A stretch of 64,000 nt of DNA from Pelagomonas calceolata. Lineage: Eukaryota. The stretch spans positions 2,914,001-2,978,000 of the forward strand of contig CAKKNE010000005.1 in the NCBI GenBank assembly GCA_918797485.1, written 5' to 3'. Position 1 is the stretch's first letter; the number at the start of each line of letters is the position of its first letter. Shown in pieces: positions 61,119-64,000 of the stretch. The position numbers and the translations under genes were made by a program. The notes under the pieces are model-generated. The model did not search any database. It saw only the letters and a list, made by a program, of their open reading frames with translations, and was not told the DNA's origin.

Positions 61119-62915
61119 ATGAAGCTGCTCTGGCTGGTCGCTGCCGCCGGAGGCGCAGGCCTCGCCACAGGCCTCGCGCCCCCCGGCGCCTTGTTCCTAG
61201 GCATCGACCTGAGCACGCAGTCCTGCACGGCCGTCGTCGTCGACGGCCGCCTCGACGTCGTGCACCGCCACAGCGTCAACTTCGACGAGCGCTTTCCGGA
61301 ATACGGCACGGAGAGCGGCTACCACGCCGGGGACGAAGGCACGGCGACGTCGCCGGTGGCCATGTGGCTCGACGGCCTCGATTGCGTGCTCGACGAGCTG
61401 CCCGAATCGCTCCTGCAGCAGGTCGACGCCATTTCCTTCAGCGGCCAGCAGCACGGCGCCGTGTATTGGTCTTCCGAGGCGGCACGATTACTGAAGGGCC
61501 CTCAGAAGGGCGAAGATATCGAGTTCGTCGAGAGTGAGCTCACGACGAAGCACCGCATGAAATCGGTGAGGGGCCTGCGCGGCGGCCTGCGGGAGCGCTT
61601 AGTGCCCGGTGCCTTCGCCCTGGCAGATGCGCCGATCTGGGCCGACGCTTCTACGCAGGAGCAGTGCGACGCGCTCGAGGACGCGCTCGGCGGGCCCGAT
61701 GAAGTTGCCAAAAGGACGGGGTCGCGCGCGTACGCGCGGTTTACAGCGAACCAGATGGCCGCGGTGGCGTATCGAGATCAAGAGGCCTGGGCGCGGACGG
61801 CGGAAGTTTCATTGGTGTCGGCCTTCGGGCCGTCGGTGCTGTGCGGTCACGTCACGCCCGTGGACGCGTCGGACTCGACGGGCACGAACGTGGGCATGTT
61901 GCACGACCGCAAGTGGGGCACGCGATGCACGGAGGCCTATGGGGCGATGCCGGGCGTCGGCGGCGCCGAAGAGTTTAGAAAAAGGCTGGGCGCGGCGCCC
62001 GTCGCCCCCGGCACGGAGGTGGGCAGGGTCGCGCCCTGGGTCTGCCGGCGGTTCGGATTTCGAGGCTCGGGCCGGACCATATCGCAACCACCACCCTCTG
62101 TGTTTGTCGGAGCCGGCGACAACCCGTCGACGGCGGCCGGTTTAGGTCTCGCGGCGCCGGGCGACGTCGCTTTGTCTTTAGGTACGTCTGATACCTTCAT
62201 GGCCGTGTCTCGGGAAGCCAGCCCGCGCTTAGAGGGCCACGTGTTTGCGAGCTGCACTCAACCGGGCGAGTTCCTGGCCCTACTGTGCTACGCGAACGGC
62301 GGTCCGAGTCGAGAACGTATCAAGAGGGACCTGCTGGGCCCCAAGGCCTCGTGGGATGAATTTGGGAGAGCTTTGAAACGGGCCCCGCCCGGGAACGGCG
62401 GTATCCTCGGCCTCGAGCTGGCCAACGCGGAGATCACGCCCGTCATATCCCGGACGGGCCGGTTCTTCGTGGATCAAGGCGATCGCGTTTTGAGATTAGG
62501 CGACGGTCAGGCCGACCCCTCGTCGATCGCCTGCCGCGCGGTCGTGGAAGGGAGGTTCCTCTCGATGCGCGGGCGCGGCGCGGCGTTGGGCGTGGATGCT
62601 AGTGAAGGCCGCGTCCTGGCGGCCGGCGGCGCCGCGAAGTCGCCGGAGATCGTCCAGGTCGCCGCCGACGTGCTGGGCGCGCCGGTCTACGCCGCGGACG
62701 TGCCCGACGCGGCCGCGCTCGGGGCGGCGTTCCGCGCGGCCCACGGCGCCGCGGGCGCGGGCGCGTCTTTCGATGCGTTCCTGTCGTCGCACGGCGCCGG
62801 CGCGTCGTCCCTCGACGTCGTCGCGCGGCCGCGCCACGCGGAGCTATACACGCCCGACGTCGTGGCGCGGTATTTGAGGCTTGAAGATGACGTGGCGCGG
62901 GGTAAATGGGGGTAG
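61119..62915 (+). CDS. XYLB: Xylulose kinase (FGGY family)
   Basis: LGIDLSTQS, SGQQHGAVYW, PIWADAST, TGSRAYARFT, GDNP, SLGTSDT, ALLCYANG. Confidence 0.92.
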   Translation: MKLLWLVAAAGGAGLATGLAPPGALFLGIDLSTQSCTAVVVDGRLDVVHRHSVNFDERFPEYGTESGYHAGDEGTATSPVAMWLDGLDCVLDELPESLLQQVDAISFSGQQHGAVYWSSEAARLLKGPQKGEDIEFVESELTTKHRMKSVRGLRGGLRERLVPGAFALADAPIWADASTQEQCDALEDALGGPDEVAKRTGSRAYARFTANQMAAVAYRDQEAWARTAEVSLVSAFGPSVLCGHVTPVDASDSTGTNVGMLHDRKWGTRCTEAYGAMPGVGGAEEFRKRLGAAPVAPGTEVGRVAPWVCRRFGFRGSGRTISQPPPSVFVGAGDNPSTAAGLGLAAPGDVALSLGTSDTFMAVSREASPRLEGHVFASCTQPGEFLALLCYANGGPSRERIKRDLLGPKASWDEFGRALKRAPPGNGGILGLELANAEITPVISRTGRFFVDQGDRVLRLGDGQADPSSIACRAVVEGRFLSMRGRGAALGVDASEGRVLAAGGAAKSPEIVQVAADVLGAPVYAADVPDAAALGAAFRAAHGAAGAGASFDAFLSSHGAGASSLDVVARPRHAELYTPDVVARYLRLEDDVARGKWG

Positions 62916-62933
62916 TTGATTTGTCTTTTTTTT

Positions 62934-62954
62934 CTAGTGTCTTAGTGCCGCTAC
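62934..62954. promoter_or_regulatory. CTAG-box motif in atypical orientation
   Basis: CTAGTGTCTTAGTGCCGCTAC, ~115 bp upstream of ilvD but inverted relative to the usual pattern. Confidence 0.45.
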
Positions 62955-63069
62955 CTAAACTTTGCCGTCAAAGTGCAAGCAGCTTTGTTACCGCGCACGA
63001 GTGCACTGGCTGCGGATTAGTGGGTTTGAACGGCTGCATTTTATACCACAATTCGGTGTACGCGTCGAA

Positions 63070-64000
63070 ATGCGCAGCGTCGCACGCCTCCGACGCGCCA
63101 GAGCACCACATGTGAGGAGGCGCTTCAGAGACGGCGCGGGCGTCGACGCCTACGTCCAGCCCCAGGCCGTCGATGCGAGCAAGCCGAACCGGTATAGTGC
63201 GACGCTGACGGCCCACGCGAGAAGGGGCGGCGCCCAGGCCATGCTCGTGCCGTGCGGCGTCGACAGCGAGAAGCTCGCGCAGCCGCAGATTGGTGTGGCA
63301 TCTATATGGTGGGAGGGCAATCCTTGTAATATGCACTTGTTGGATCTGTCAGAACTTGTGAAGACTTCCCTGGAGCAGCAGGATCTCGTAGCGCTACGGT
63401 ACAACGCGGTGGGCGTCTCCGACGCGATCTCCATGGGCACGGGGGGGATGCGCTACTCGTTGCAGTCCAGGGACCTCATAGCGGACAGTGTGGAGACCGT
63501 CGCCGCCGCACAATTTTATGATGGTGTCGTCACGATCGCGGGCTGTGATAAAAATATGCCGGGTTGTGTGATGGGCATGGGTAGGTTGAATAGGCCCTCA
63601 CTGATGATTTATGGCGGGAGTATCAGGAGGGGTAAGTTACCCTCGGACGGGCGGAAGATCAACATCGTCGACGCGTTCGAAGGTTATGGTAAGCTTGTGG
63701 CTGGTACGATCACACCGCAGGAACGCGCCGAAACTATTCAATGCGCCTGTCCCGGGGCCGGTGCGTGTGGCGGCATGTACACGGCGAACACCATGGGGAC
63801 ACTCACGGAGGCCATGGGGCTGTCGTTACCTTACTCCGCGTGTACGCCGGCCGACGCGAAGGCCGCAGAATGTGCCGCCGTCGGTGCTGTGATCAAGCAT
63901 ATGGTCGAGATCGATCTCAAACCGAGAGACATCCTCACGAAAAAATCGTTGCACAACGCCATCGCCGTCGCTTCCTGTGTGGGTGGCTCGACGAACGCGG
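63070..64000 (+). CDS. ilvD: Dihydroxy-acid dehydratase, 3' end outside window
   Basis: ATG at 63070 with Arg-rich presequence; GNPCNMHL, VSDAISMGT, MRYSLQSRDLIADS, GCDKNMPG, CPGAGACGGMYTANTM, GGSTNA. Confidence 0.95.
   Translation, partial: MRSVARLRRARAPHVRRRFRDGAGVDAYVQPQAVDASKPNRYSATLTAHARRGGAQAMLVPCGVDSEKLAQPQIGVASIWWEGNPCNMHLLDLSELVKTSLEQQDLVALRYNAVGVSDAISMGTGGMRYSLQSRDLIADSVETVAAAQFYDGVVTIAGCDKNMPGCVMGMGRLNRPSLMIYGGSIRRGKLPSDGRKINIVDAFEGYGKLVAGTITPQERAETIQCACPGAGACGGMYTANTMGTLTEAMGLSLPYSACTPADAKAAECAAVGAVIKHMVEIDLKPRDILTKKSLHNAIAVASCVGGSTNA

Noticed and set aside
1839..62954. CTAG-box as CRISPR repeat or Helitron 3' end
   Set aside because: The copies are dispersed rather than arrayed with spacers, share no extended flanks, and track start codons in position and orientation.
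1..64000. tRNA, rRNA or transposase genes
   Set aside because: None recognised by eye; tRNAscan, Infernal or HMM scans would be needed to exclude them.

Overview
GC-rich, gene-dense eukaryotic nuclear DNA. It is most consistent with a pelagophyte alga (Pelagomonas/Aureococcus-like), judged from a stramenopile-type LHC gene, GC-AG introns and introner-type introns with 15-bp TIRs (CTGTGTGGAAATCAA) and 8-bp TSDs. From about 21.7 to 64 kb the window is a compact run of mostly housekeeping genes: ANK/WW, SET-like, DUSP, GT49, RRM-CCCH, AATF/BFR2, Ppx/GppA, LHC, DDX42-like, GRASP, PNGase, RelA/SpoT-like, TLDc, sulfotransferase-like, GT13, xylulokinase and ilvD. From about 4.4 to 21.6 kb it is an accessory mosaic of ankyrin genes, TPR-like remnants and pseudogene fragments. 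Main observations: (1) an orientation-specific ~21-bp motif, CTAGCGGCTGTAAGACACTAG on the sense strand, lies ~110-200 bp upstream of many start codons; (2) a ~55-95-bp repeat (AAATCACTGGCGATCGAGCCCCG...) occurs three times, each beside a member of an ankyrin family sharing a C-terminal box; (3) introner elements occur at several stages of decay; (4) a 1425-aa ORF carries an internal 76-aa ubiquitin ending RGG; (5) a 180-bp Tudor module flanked by 14-bp direct repeats sits inside a RelA/SpoT-like gene. All calls come from reading the sequence and motifs by eye; no searches were run, and intron boundaries are predictions.
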